From: a virus | Taxonomy: Duplodnaviria > Caudoviricetes | IMG/VR virus record: IMGVR_UViG_3300042988_000148 | Location: 1-57,490 of that record | DNA length: 57,490 nt | Reading direction: 5' to 3' (one strand) | Shown here: piece after piece, positions 35,149 through 42,784 of the stretch | How positions within the stretch are numbered: the stretch's first letter is position 1 | How the letters are laid out: every line of letters begins with the position of its first letter | Translations under genes and position numbers: made by a program | Notes under the pieces: model-generated | What the model was told of the DNA's origin: nothing | The model's database searches: none | Seen by the model: only the letters and a program-made list of their open reading frames with translations

Positions 35149-35308
35149 TGTCTTTCTGTGTCGAGGCTACACCGTCTGCATAGCCTTTGTTGTATCGGTT
35201 GTACTCATGACAACCAACGGGAGAGAAGATGTAAGCATGGTTGATCTGTCCTCTCATACCGTGTGCCTTACCTACCATGTAGGCAATGTCACGAGACGTG
35301 TCACTCAT
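35093..35308 (-). CDS. Hypothetical protein
   Basis: ORF starting MSDTSRD, overlapping neighbours. Confidence 0.45.
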   Translation of the reverse strand: MSDTSRDIAYMVGKAHGMRGQINHAYIFSPVGCHEYNRYNKGYADGVASTQKDIEHDKRIRSSRLRTAATA

Positions 35309-35510
35309 CTCTGATCTTGCACAAGGCATCAGCAATCTTGTAGCAGTAGCGACTCAGCGCCGCAGCATCCGATACTTCTGCACCACTGGACAACACACCC
35401 TTCATAAGTTCAAGGGCGAAGTCGTCTCGCAATTCACGTGGTGCCTTCTCAGCATAGGCAGGACGACCACGACTACGTGTTGTTTTCTCTGGAGTTGCTT
35501 CATCGTTCAT
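35301..35510 (-). CDS. Hypothetical protein (LRDDFA family)
   Basis: LRDDFA...YKIADA motif and AAGGA SD. Confidence 0.65.
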   Translation of the reverse strand: MNDEATPEKTTRSRGRPAYAEKAPRELRDDFALELMKGVLSSGAEVSDAAALSRYCYKIADALCKIRDE

Positions 35511-35955
35511 TTGATTTTCCTTTGTAAAAAATGTGGTTGTTTATGACAACAACTTTGTCCAGTGCTTTGCGCCACACCGGCTTAACCTTTGTGGTGTGGT
35601 AGTGGGTGGCACCACCGGTGAAGTCATGCAAGGTGCCTGTCATAGCGGCTGACGCTACAGCATAAGCATCGTTGATGTTGCCGCTGAGCGGCTTGTCACG
35701 ACCCTTCGCTGTGTTAGCCCAGCTAAATTGCTTACGCTGGTACACAACATCACACACTGTTTTGTTTTGCTGAGCAGCCCTGTTCAGGGTGACCAGTGCC
35801 ACAGACTGCATACCTTCAACACCTTCACCACGTGCTTCGTGATAGATGTTCTTGAGCATACACATAAACTGCGTTGCCTGTGCTGTCGATGGCGGTGCTT
35901 TGTGAGTGCATGATGTAGCAGACAAGAGCAGCACGACAGCGACAACCACTCTCAT
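35500..35955 (-). CDS. Cell wall hydrolase, SleB (Hydrolase_2) family
   Basis: IYHEARGE, VTLNR, VVYQ-x2-QFSW, GATHYH and HIFY, with an N-terminal signal/lipoprotein-like segment. Confidence 0.92.
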   Translation of the reverse strand: MRVVVAVVLLLSATSCTHKAPPSTAQATQFMCMLKNIYHEARGEGVEGMQSVALVTLNRAAQQNKTVCDVVYQRKQFSWANTAKGRDKPLSGNINDAYAVASAAMTGTLHDFTGGATHYHTTKVKPVWRKALDKVVVINNHIFYKGKSNER

Positions 35956-35978
35956 TCACACACCCTGCTCTTCAGCCA

Positions 35979-36257
35979 TCAGTGCTGCCCATTTGAGCCA
36001 CATGTAACGCATACCTTGAACAGCTGACTTGATGTGGTGTCACAACCCATCGCTCTTAACCCTTGAAATACAGTACTGAGCGGTACTTTCAAAGCAACAG
36101 CGGCATTACACACAGCAACGCAGCTATATCGAACAGCACAGGGGCTCGTGTCGTAGTGATGATTGTCAGCGGCAAGGTATTTGTCAGCAGCCAAGTGCAA
36201 CACATCTGCAATTGTCGCGTTGCTTCTTGTCACTGCGCTCCGGTTGTTCTTTGTCAT
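35979..36257 (-). CDS. Hypothetical protein
   Basis: GAGG SD, early-region ORF. Confidence 0.5.
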   Translation of the reverse strand: MTKNNRSAVTRSNATIADVLHLAADKYLAADNHHYDTSPCAVRYSCVAVCNAAVALKVPLSTVFQGLRAMGCDTTSSQLFKVCVTCGSNGQH

Positions 36258-36320
36258 AACGGTGCATCCTCATGGTTGTTGGGGTTGAACGGTGGACGTT
36301 TCCGTCCGGTGTCGAGTGGA

Positions 36321-36632
36321 TTAGGAAATGCCGGAAACGGCCATGTCATTTTGCTCTCCCTTGTAGCCGTATTCATATCGAATATAGCTACGTATACGGC
36401 TATCTCGGTCGGTGTGCTTCTCAACAAACTTGACTCGGGTGTCTCGTTCGTTCAGTGCCATGCACAAGGTGGTCAGGTCACAGTCTTCTTCGAGATAGGC
36501 ATAGTCGCCACGCTGGTAGCTGTAGCGGCTAATCTTGTCGGCAATGCCGAGGTTGATCAGCACAGACTTCTTAACCTTTCCCCAAGCATGACCGGGGTCA
36601 GCGTAGACGATGATGGTGAATGTTTTGCTCAT
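36321..36632 (-). CDS. Conserved phage hypothetical protein
   Basis: DPGHAW...IS-x-YSY...YLEEDCD. Confidence 0.7.
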   Translation of the reverse strand: MSKTFTIIVYADPGHAWGKVKKSVLINLGIADKISRYSYQRGDYAYLEEDCDLTTLCMALNERDTRVKFVEKHTDRDSRIRSYIRYEYGYKGEQNDMAVSGIS

Positions 36633-36817
36633 GCTTGTTCTTTCTTCTCAAAGCCTGTGCAATTCTGCAACCAGACAGGATCAAAGTTGATGGGCCAGAA
36701 GAACCACCCATTACGTACACCGTGTGCATTGCCTACAACTTCAGCTTCGCCATTAGCACAGCGAGAGTGACAGTTTCCGGGAAGATCACGACGATGTTTA
36801 CATTCGTAGCAATTCAT
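36629..36817 (-). CDS. Small Cys-rich protein
   Basis: CYECKH...HSRC...GWFFWPINFDPVW-x3-C. Confidence 0.65.
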   Translation of the reverse strand: MNCYECKHRRDLPGNCHSRCANGEAEVVGNAHGVRNGWFFWPINFDPVWLQNCTGFEKKEQA

Positions 36818-36904
36818 TTTGTTTTCCTACGGAGAAGGACGTTAGTCCAACAACTCAACAGCGAGTCAGTAATGCTACTGATGCAATAGCATTACAAAGC
36901 GCTG

Positions 36905-37267
36905 TCACATTAGATTAGACGGTACATCTACTGTGTCACCCAGCTTGGATGCGACATAGCAGCGCATAGCGGCGATCAGGGGTGTGGGGCCGTAACACAT
37001 TGCACTTTGATTGCTGTCGCAGCTTGCGCACCATATGGTTAAGTCTGAATCGATGGTTATCCTCTCCCGCTCAATGATCGGTCCGCCTTGTGCCCAGTCT
37101 GTTGAGGGTGCAAAGTTGACGCCGATTTGTTGGAGTCCCTCCGTTTCATAGATACGCTTGGTGTTAGGGTTGAAGCATGGGGAGCCGTATTTGTGACGCT
37201 TGATGGTGTGCTCACACTTCGCCACTGCCCAATCAAGGGCGGCTCCTGTCAGTTCTGATGTTTTCAT
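36905..37267 (-). CDS. DUF2591/NinX family protein
   Basis: ELTGAALDWAVA...PSTDWAQGGPIIE...GPTPLIAAMR. Confidence 0.85.
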   Translation of the reverse strand: MKTSELTGAALDWAVAKCEHTIKRHKYGSPCFNPNTKRIYETEGLQQIGVNFAPSTDWAQGGPIIERERITIDSDLTIWCASCDSNQSAMCYGPTPLIAAMRCYVASKLGDTVDVPSNLM

Positions 37268-37268
37268 A

Positions 37269-37655
37269 TTAGTTCCAGACGTTGATGCTAGGGCGACTAC
37301 TGTCGTTTGTTGTCAGTGCCACAAGACGGGCAAGACCGACAGGATGCTCACCGTGACGATGCACAAATGTGCTGTACTTGTATGGGTTGTAGGTGATGGC
37401 AGAGCCATTGGTGGCGACCATGTCGATGGTGACGTTGTCACTGCTACTGTCAGTCCAGTCACCGACAACACCGGCATGGACATTCTTGCGTTGCTCTTTC
37501 AAGACACGCTGACGACCCGCCTCAGACACCTTGAACTTGGCATCGAAAAGCAAAGCTTGGTCACGATGTGCAATGACACGACCTTTCATCGCACCCTCAA
37601 GAGCTTTAATGCTAAAGCATTTCTTATGCAGGTTGAAGTAGACGAATACTTTCAT
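37269..37655 (-). CDS. Conserved phage hypothetical protein
   Basis: VYFNLHK...FS...GRQRVL-x4-KNVHA...YNPYK. Confidence 0.75.
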   Translation of the reverse strand: MKVFVYFNLHKKCFSIKALEGAMKGRVIAHRDQALLFDAKFKVSEAGRQRVLKEQRKNVHAGVVGDWTDSSSDNVTIDMVATNGSAITYNPYKYSTFVHRHGEHPVGLARLVALTTNDSSRPSINVWN

Positions 37656-37894
37656 GTGTGTTTCCTTTCAGGAAGGTTGGCTTGATATAAACCCTGTAAC
37701 ACTGTGTCACAAGGCTTATGAAAGCCACATCGTCTAGCGCCGACCCCAACGCCACGATGTGATTCCTATGCACATTATCATCCTCATGTGCTATGAGCAG
37801 TGTAAGACGTTACGTGCTTACAATCACGCTGATCTATTTCAGGCGGCAACATGTTTTGTTGTACATGTTGCATCCATACTGATATCACGCTTGC

Positions 37895-37907
37895 TTTTTA
37901 AAGAACA
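37895..37907 (-). promoter_or_regulatory. boxA-like antitermination site
   Basis: TGTTCTTTAAAAA about 30 nt downstream of the promoter -10 (rrn boxA consensus TGCTCTTTAACA). Confidence 0.5.
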
Positions 37908-37938
37908 ATTTGGTGATGCCGATGCATCGATGGCCTCA

Positions 37939-37968
37939 ATTATGCAGACCTTTACAAAACCCTGTCAA
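37939..37968 (-). promoter_or_regulatory. Sigma70 early promoter (repeat family)
   Basis: TTGACA-gggttttgtaaaggtctg-CATAAT-tgaggcca. Confidence 0.8.
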
Positions 37969-38031
37969 GCAATACCTGACCATTTTGTAGGGGCTTTGTG
38001 AAGGGGGCTGTATTGCTACAACCCTCATGCA

Positions 38032-38769
38032 TTATGCACTGATGTACTTAGCACCAGTGCCATGTGCCACAACAGCAATCGACTTGGCTTTCACGCTGGT
38101 ACCAGCACACAATCCGCACTGTTCGCATGTCGTCTTCGCACCGCCTTCTGGTGTAGCAGGACACACAATCTCGCTACCCTTGACTACGTCATTGACGCTA
38201 GTGACAATGCGGAATGTACGACGACCGACTGACCAAGACAGCGAAGCTGCAGCGACAGACTCCACGCTTTCCATGTAAAGCGATGCATCGAATGCAGCAC
38301 CTTCGGTGTTAGCTTGGTGACTGTAACCGGTGTGACCTTCAGCTTCGCTGAGTAGCTCATTCCAGACCGATGCAGGCACTGCAGCACCATCACCGTAGGT
38401 GCCGATTCTCACCATACGACCCTTACCGACAGCGGCAAGGCTTTCAGCCTTAGGATATTTGCCAGCGACAAAGCCTTTGTAAACAATGACCGGGCCTTGA
38501 CCAATGACGACATAGCATGAACGATTCTTTGCCAGCTTCGCTGTAGGGTCATCGGTGGCAGTGCCACGGTGTGGACAATCGCCACAAATAGCCCTGTCAG
38601 CACCGGTTTTGGATGCATCACGTGGGTCCATATCGCTACGGATGATGTATGTCTGCACCATGTCGGCTGTCTTGGTATTGCTTGACTTCGTCAAGGCGAT
38701 GGCGACAATTGGGCTGCCATCGATCAGCGATGGGCCTTCATATACTACGTATCCGGTTGGTTTGCTCAT
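38032..38769 (-). CDS. Cys-rich conserved phage protein (possible Fe-S binding)
   Basis: ICGDCPH...CYV...RIGTYGD...TGYSHQ...CPA...CEQCGLC. Confidence 0.7.
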   Translation of the reverse strand: MSKPTGYVVYEGPSLIDGSPIVAIALTKSSNTKTADMVQTYIIRSDMDPRDASKTGADRAICGDCPHRGTATDDPTAKLAKNRSCYVVIGQGPVIVYKGFVAGKYPKAESLAAVGKGRMVRIGTYGDGAAVPASVWNELLSEAEGHTGYSHQANTEGAAFDASLYMESVESVAAASLSWSVGRRTFRIVTSVNDVVKGSEIVCPATPEGGAKTTCEQCGLCAGTSVKAKSIAVVAHGTGAKYISA

Positions 38770-38818
38770 GTTGTTTACCTTCGGTAAGTGACAGCGACCA
38801 TCGCCGTCGATGCTTTCA

Positions 38819-38848
38819 ATTGTACGTCAAGTCAAATAACCAAGTCAA
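38819..38848 (-). promoter_or_regulatory. Sigma70 early promoter
   Basis: TTGACT-N18-TACAAT-tga. Confidence 0.75.
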
Positions 38849-38856
38849 GCGAAGGG

Positions 38857-39087
38857 TTATTTCGAAGCCTTCAACGCAACGAAGTTGCCACGGCGGTACA
38901 CAGTTGCAACGTCATAGCATGCAGCCCATGTCACAGCTTCGCTGAATGTGAAGGTGTAATGACGCTTGGCAAAGCCTTGACCGATGACAGCAAAGCCAAA
39001 GGCTTTTTTGAGCATCAAAGCGATTTCGTCTTGCACCATGTACAAAGCAATGGCGGCTGATGTGAGGGAAATGAATGCATAAATCAT
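38857..39087 (-). CDS. Small early membrane-anchored protein
   Basis: ATG at 39087 after the hairpin RBS, N-terminal hydrophobic segment. Confidence 0.55.
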   Translation of the reverse strand: MIYAFISLTSAAIALYMVQDEIALMLKKAFGFAVIGQGFAKRHYTFTFSEAVTWAACYDVATVYRRGNFVALKASK

Positions 39088-39135
39088 GATGTTTACCTTC
39101 GGTAAGTGTCGCAGCAAAATCGCTGCATGGCCTCA

Positions 39136-39165
39136 ATTATACAGACCTTCGAAAAACCCTGTCAA
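39136..39165 (-). promoter_or_regulatory. Sigma70 early promoter (repeat family)
   Basis: TTGACA-gggtttttcgaaggtctg-TATAAT-tgaggcca (both hexamers perfect). Confidence 0.9.
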
Positions 39166-39191
39166 GTGCAGGGTCTTTCAAAAGCTCTGCT

Positions 39192-39395
39192 TCAATACGC
39201 AATGTCTGTATCGATTGTGAGCATCACGGCATTATGCAACGCATAGCTACGTTGCAATTGACGACCGATGATGGCATTGACAGTGAAACTGTCTGTCGCT
39301 TTTTGCTCAGCAAGCAAAGCTTGAATTCGGTCACGGATGATGATTTCAAGCTCATAAGCTAAAGCTTTGTCGATGGTGATGTTGACGTTTTGCAT
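39192..39395 (-). CDS. Small early hypothetical protein
   Basis: ORF preceded by a hairpin RBS variant. Confidence 0.6.
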   Translation of the reverse strand: MQNVNITIDKALAYELEIIIRDRIQALLAEQKATDSFTVNAIIGRQLQRSYALHNAVMLTIDTDIAY

Positions 39396-39404
39396 TGTTT
39401 ACTT

Positions 39405-39596
39405 TCAGTAAGTGAAACCGACGACGACGACTTTGTCGGCCTTGACGTAGATGCAACGGCAAATGTCTTCGACATCCTTCAGCTCAAACGACTTCGTCGT
39501 CTTGTCGTATGCACCTTTGATGTACACCTTGGCGGCATCGGCTTTCCGTTTGACGTAGTCACCGGGTTTGACGTTTCGCAGAGTGATGTTTTGCAT
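39405..39596 (-). CDS. First early gene, small beta-rich protein
   Basis: ORF after the first promoter and hairpin RBS. Confidence 0.7.
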   Translation of the reverse strand: MQNITLRNVKPGDYVKRKADAAKVYIKGAYDKTTKSFELKDVEDICRCIYVKADKVVVVGFTY

Positions 39597-39645
39597 GATG
39601 TTTACCTTCGGTAAGTTGTGACAGCACCGCTGCTGTCTGGCCTCA

Positions 39646-39675
39646 ATTGTAGCGACCTTGCAAAAGCCCTGTCAA
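39646..39675 (-). promoter_or_regulatory. Sigma70 early promoter (repeat family)
   Basis: TTGACA-gggcttttgcaaggtcgc-TACAAT-tgaggcca. Confidence 0.85.
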
Positions 39676-39679
39676 CTGT

Positions 39680-40569
39680 AGGGCTATTTAACCTTGTCGA
39701 TTGTAGGGGCTTTGTTGGCTGTCTCGCGTGGGTGATCTTCGATGGACTGGGTAGGTCGATAGGAAATCTCTATCGTATACCGCCCTTCGATTGTACCCGG
39801 TATGGCTGCAAATGAGAATCATTCTCAACAACTTATCATTCGGAAACCGATTTCGAATCAGTTTCTCACATGCGTTAACGTGTTGATTTCATTACACATA
39901 TGCATCATGCGGTAAAAATACACACACACAAGCGTATTACCCAGCGCTGTAAACACGCATGCATGATCGCCTGCGCTGCACGTGCCTAAGGCGGGGGTGG
40001 GCGTGGGCCACCGGGGGTACCCGCGCTAGTTGTATACACGCATTTCCACAGAACAGGTTTTTTAGTCTGTTAACCACTACCAATTCTAGCAACCTACACC
40101 ACCTATAATGCTGCCCCACCAACACAGCAAAACAGCGCTACAATGAGTTTTCACAGACAACCAAGGGCTAGGTAGCTCCACTACGCGATAGCGCCCTACA
40201 GAGCCTTTAAAGCCTTCACCACTCATACAGGTGTTGCAAAGCTACAACACTGTATGCAATTACAGTATTGACAAGATTGGCAATAACGGTAAAACTATAG
40301 GCAATGAGGGGGTAGGGGGAGTGATATAGCTCTATAGAGCCCTATAGCAATATAGAGTCCTTATAGAACAATTAACCATATAGACAATAACAACCTATAT
40401 AGATATAGTCTATACAGTCTATATAACCCCTAAAGCAATCTCGACTATAAACATTTTTGTTTCTCTTTTTGTTTCTTTCTTTTATTCTTCTTCTTGTTGT
40501 AACTTAGTGATATACTCTTTTATAGCAAGCCTACACAATATCAATAGGCAGCTATAAAGACTATACAGT
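39680..40569. other. Non-coding region between divergent arms; probable genome termini / packaging or origin region
   Basis: No credible ORF. Contains G-tracts, a CTATAG-type short-repeat cluster and a T-rich stretch, and is the point where the arms diverge. Confidence 0.6.
39808..39827. promoter_or_regulatory. Fur box-like palindrome
   Basis: Perfect 7-1-7 palindrome TGAGAAT-C-ATTCTCA, 15/19 match to GATAATGATAATCATTATC. Confidence 0.6.
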
Positions 40570-40869
40570 ATGAAACCAAATAGAAAATCTCTTATTGATT
40601 TGTTGCTTAGAAAGAGTGAGTTGTTGCTTTCTAAAGCTGAAGTAGAAGCTAAAGGTTTGTTGTCAGTACCACCCTATTCTGTTGTATCGACAATATATAA
40701 AGCGTTGCATCGTGGCAATTTAGACAACGTTCACATTCCTCATTCAGATGTTTATTATGTAAGGTGTGCTGTTGAACAACATACAGGATATTACTTCCCG
40801 TTAGATGTTGTTGAAGAAGCCATGAGAGCTAATGGATGGCGAGATAGACGTAATACGTGGAGATATTGA
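40570..40869 (+). CDS. Hypothetical protein
   Basis: First ORF of the rightward arm, HIPHSDVYYVR motif. Confidence 0.65.
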   Translation: MKPNRKSLIDLLLRKSELLLSKAEVEAKGLLSVPPYSVVSTIYKALHRGNLDNVHIPHSDVYYVRCAVEQHTGYYFPLDVVEEAMRANGWRDRRNTWRY

Positions 40870-40870
40870 T

Positions 40871-41125
40871 ATGGCGATAAAGCGTGGTAGTGAAGAATTC
40901 AGTGGCTATAACAAACCTAAAGCAACACCCGATCATCCAACAAAGAGTCATGTTGTGTTGGCTAAAGAGGGTGACAAGGTTAAGTTGATTAGATTTGGTC
41001 AGCAGGGTGTTAAAGGCAGTCCAGATGGTAGTAAGCGCAATGAAGCGTTTAAGGCTAGGCATGCCGGTAACATTGCAAAGGGTAAGATGTCTGCTGCATA
41101 TTGGGCAGATAAGGTGAAGTGGTGA
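40871..41125 (+). CDS. Small basic conserved phage protein
   Basis: ATG at 40871 with GGAG SD. KLIRFGQQG...FKARH...SAAYWA-x4-W. Confidence 0.75.
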   Translation: MAIKRGSEEFSGYNKPKATPDHPTKSHVVLAKEGDKVKLIRFGQQGVKGSPDGSKRNEAFKARHAGNIAKGKMSAAYWADKVKW

Positions 41126-41193
41126 GTTGTAGCAATAAGTGCTATAACTAAATGTATGAGGCAATATGTCTCTCTTTAACAAGGAAAATTGAA

Positions 41194-41445
41194 ATGGCTA
41201 CAGAAGCAGAAAAAGTTGCAAAGTATCGTGAGATGGCAAAGGACAAGACGTTGCCTCAAGATGTTCGCAATACCTATTTGGACAAGGCTAACGAGATTGA
41301 GCAGAAGGCTGCTGAGAAAGCTGGTGTTAAGTTTGCCAAGGGTGGCGCTGTTGCTAAGAAGGCTCCAATGAAGGCTGCAGCTAAGCAGCCAATGAAGGCT
41401 CCTGCAAAGCTTGCCAAGGGTGGTATGGCTAAGAAGAAGTGTTGA
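41194..41445 (+). CDS. Small Lys/Ala-rich protein with AKGG motifs
   Basis: ATG at 41194 with AAGGA SD. FAKGG and LAKGG motifs. Confidence 0.7.
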   Translation: MATEAEKVAKYREMAKDKTLPQDVRNTYLDKANEIEQKAAEKAGVKFAKGGAVAKKAPMKAAAKQPMKAPAKLAKGGMAKKKC

Positions 41446-41446
41446 C

Positions 41447-41602
41447 ATGGCTACAAAGAAACAAACAGCGAAAATTGCTAAAGTGATGGGTGAGTTCAAG
41501 GACAAGAGCCTTCACAGCGGTAAAGGCGGTAAGGTTGTGAAGAGTCCTAAGCAGGCCATTGCAATTGCTTTGTCTGAAGCTAAAGTGAAGGCTAAGAAGT
41601 AA
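41447..41602 (+). CDS. Small basic protein (DUF6496-like)
   Basis: KVMGEFK-x3-LHSG...PKQAIAIALSEA. Confidence 0.7.
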   Translation: MATKKQTAKIAKVMGEFKDKSLHSGKGGKVVKSPKQAIAIALSEAKVKAKK

Positions 41603-41964
41603 TGGCGCTGGGTAACGGTAAAGCTGCCAAGATTCGCAGCATTGGCACCAACTTAACAGCCGGTGTAGCCAATACCATCTACACTTGTCCGCCAAATCAC
41701 ACTGCCAAAGTTGAATTGCTATTTGTTGCTAATACAACCAGTGGTAATAAAACTGTCAGTATCAAATGGCATGACGAAAGTTTAGGTACCAGCTATTACA
41801 TTGTTGGTGGCTATACCGTTTCTTCTTATAGCTTTTTGAAGCTTGATGGTAGTTATTTGGCATTGAGTGCTGGTGACACTATGGTGATTACACCGGAAGC
41901 TGGATCAACAATGGATGCCACTGTAAGTGTTGAAGAATATTTTGATCCTATGAATGGTGGATAA
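41602..41964 (+). CDS. Beta-rich putative virion protein
   Basis: IYTCP...ANT...L-x2-GD pattern, coupled ORF. Confidence 0.6.
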   Translation: MALGNGKAAKIRSIGTNLTAGVANTIYTCPPNHTAKVELLFVANTTSGNKTVSIKWHDESLGTSYYIVGGYTVSSYSFLKLDGSYLALSAGDTMVITPEAGSTMDATVSVEEYFDPMNGG

Positions 41965-42332
41965 TGGCTAAAGAACTAACAGAACAACATAAGCGATTTC
42001 TTGAGGTGTTGTTTGCTGATGCACAAGGCAACATCAATCAAGCTATGAAGATGGCAGGGTTCTCTGATGGCTATAGTCGTCGTCAGCTTACCAACTATCT
42101 CAAAGAAGAAATCATTGAAGCAACACAACTCTATATTGCTATGACAGCACCAAAGGCTGCTATGGCTATGATTGGTGCCATTGATGATCCCACAGAGCTT
42201 GGCTTGAAAGAGAAGATGTCTGCAGCTAAAGATTTGTTGGACCGAGCAGGTCTTGTTAAGACTGATAAAGTTCAGGTAGAATCTGGTGGTGGTGTTATGT
42301 TGTTGCCTGTAAAGGAACGTGAGGAAGACTGA
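41964..42332 (+). CDS. Putative terminase small subunit
   Basis: LTEQHKRFL...A-x3-AGFS helix-turn-helix start and AAKDLLDRAG, upstream of TerL. Confidence 0.6.
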   Translation: MAKELTEQHKRFLEVLFADAQGNINQAMKMAGFSDGYSRRQLTNYLKEEIIEATQLYIAMTAPKAAMAMIGAIDDPTELGLKEKMSAAKDLLDRAGLVKTDKVQVESGGGVMLLPVKEREED

Positions 42333-42784
42333 TGGATGCACTTGGAGTTGGAGTTTGGATATTACCTAAACCAAATCCTAAAAAGGCATATGTCAAAATT
42401 CCAAGAATGGCTCGTACCATTCCTTTTGGATATAAGGTTGATGAGGACGATCCTAAATGGCTTGCTCCTATTCCTGAAGAACTTGAAGCGTTAGAAAAGG
42501 CAAAGCAATACCTAAAGCAATACAGTCTACGTAATGTGGCTGCATGGCTTAGCAAGGTTACTGGCAGAGAGATTAGCCATGTTGGCCTAACCAAACGCAT
42601 AAAGAATGAACAGTCCCAACGACAAAGAACAGCTGCTTATCGAAAGCTTGCCAAGCGGTACAAAAAAGCCCTTGAAAAAGCGCAAGAGTTCGAACAGCGC
42701 ATCGGCACAGCGCAAGACGAAGGATACTTCGCAAGCGACGAATATAGTCGTACAAGAGATAGCTTCGCCAAACTCCCCGATTGA
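42332..42784 (+). CDS. Putative DNA-binding protein
   Basis: RTIPFGY...YSLRNVAAWL...ISHVGL HTH-like segment. Confidence 0.65.
   Translation: MDALGVGVWILPKPNPKKAYVKIPRMARTIPFGYKVDEDDPKWLAPIPEELEALEKAKQYLKQYSLRNVAAWLSKVTGREISHVGLTKRIKNEQSQRQRTAAYRKLAKRYKKALEKAQEFEQRIGTAQDEGYFASDEYSRTRDSFAKLPD

Noticed and set aside
29002-39600. Phage-encoded single-subunit RNA polymerase or lysogeny switch
   Set aside because: No ORF of suitable size or motif and no divergent cI/cro pair were found in the early arm.
40268-40296. Rightward sigma70 promoter TTGACA...TAAAAC
   Set aside because: The -10 is weak and the spacing (16) is suboptimal; not supportable without TSS data.
42606-42784. Programmed frameshift fusing ORF 42332 to TerL (AAAAAAG at 42662)
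   Set aside because: The heptamer is phased in the TerL frame, and a fusion would need +1. A long overlap or a downstream TerL start is the simpler explanation.
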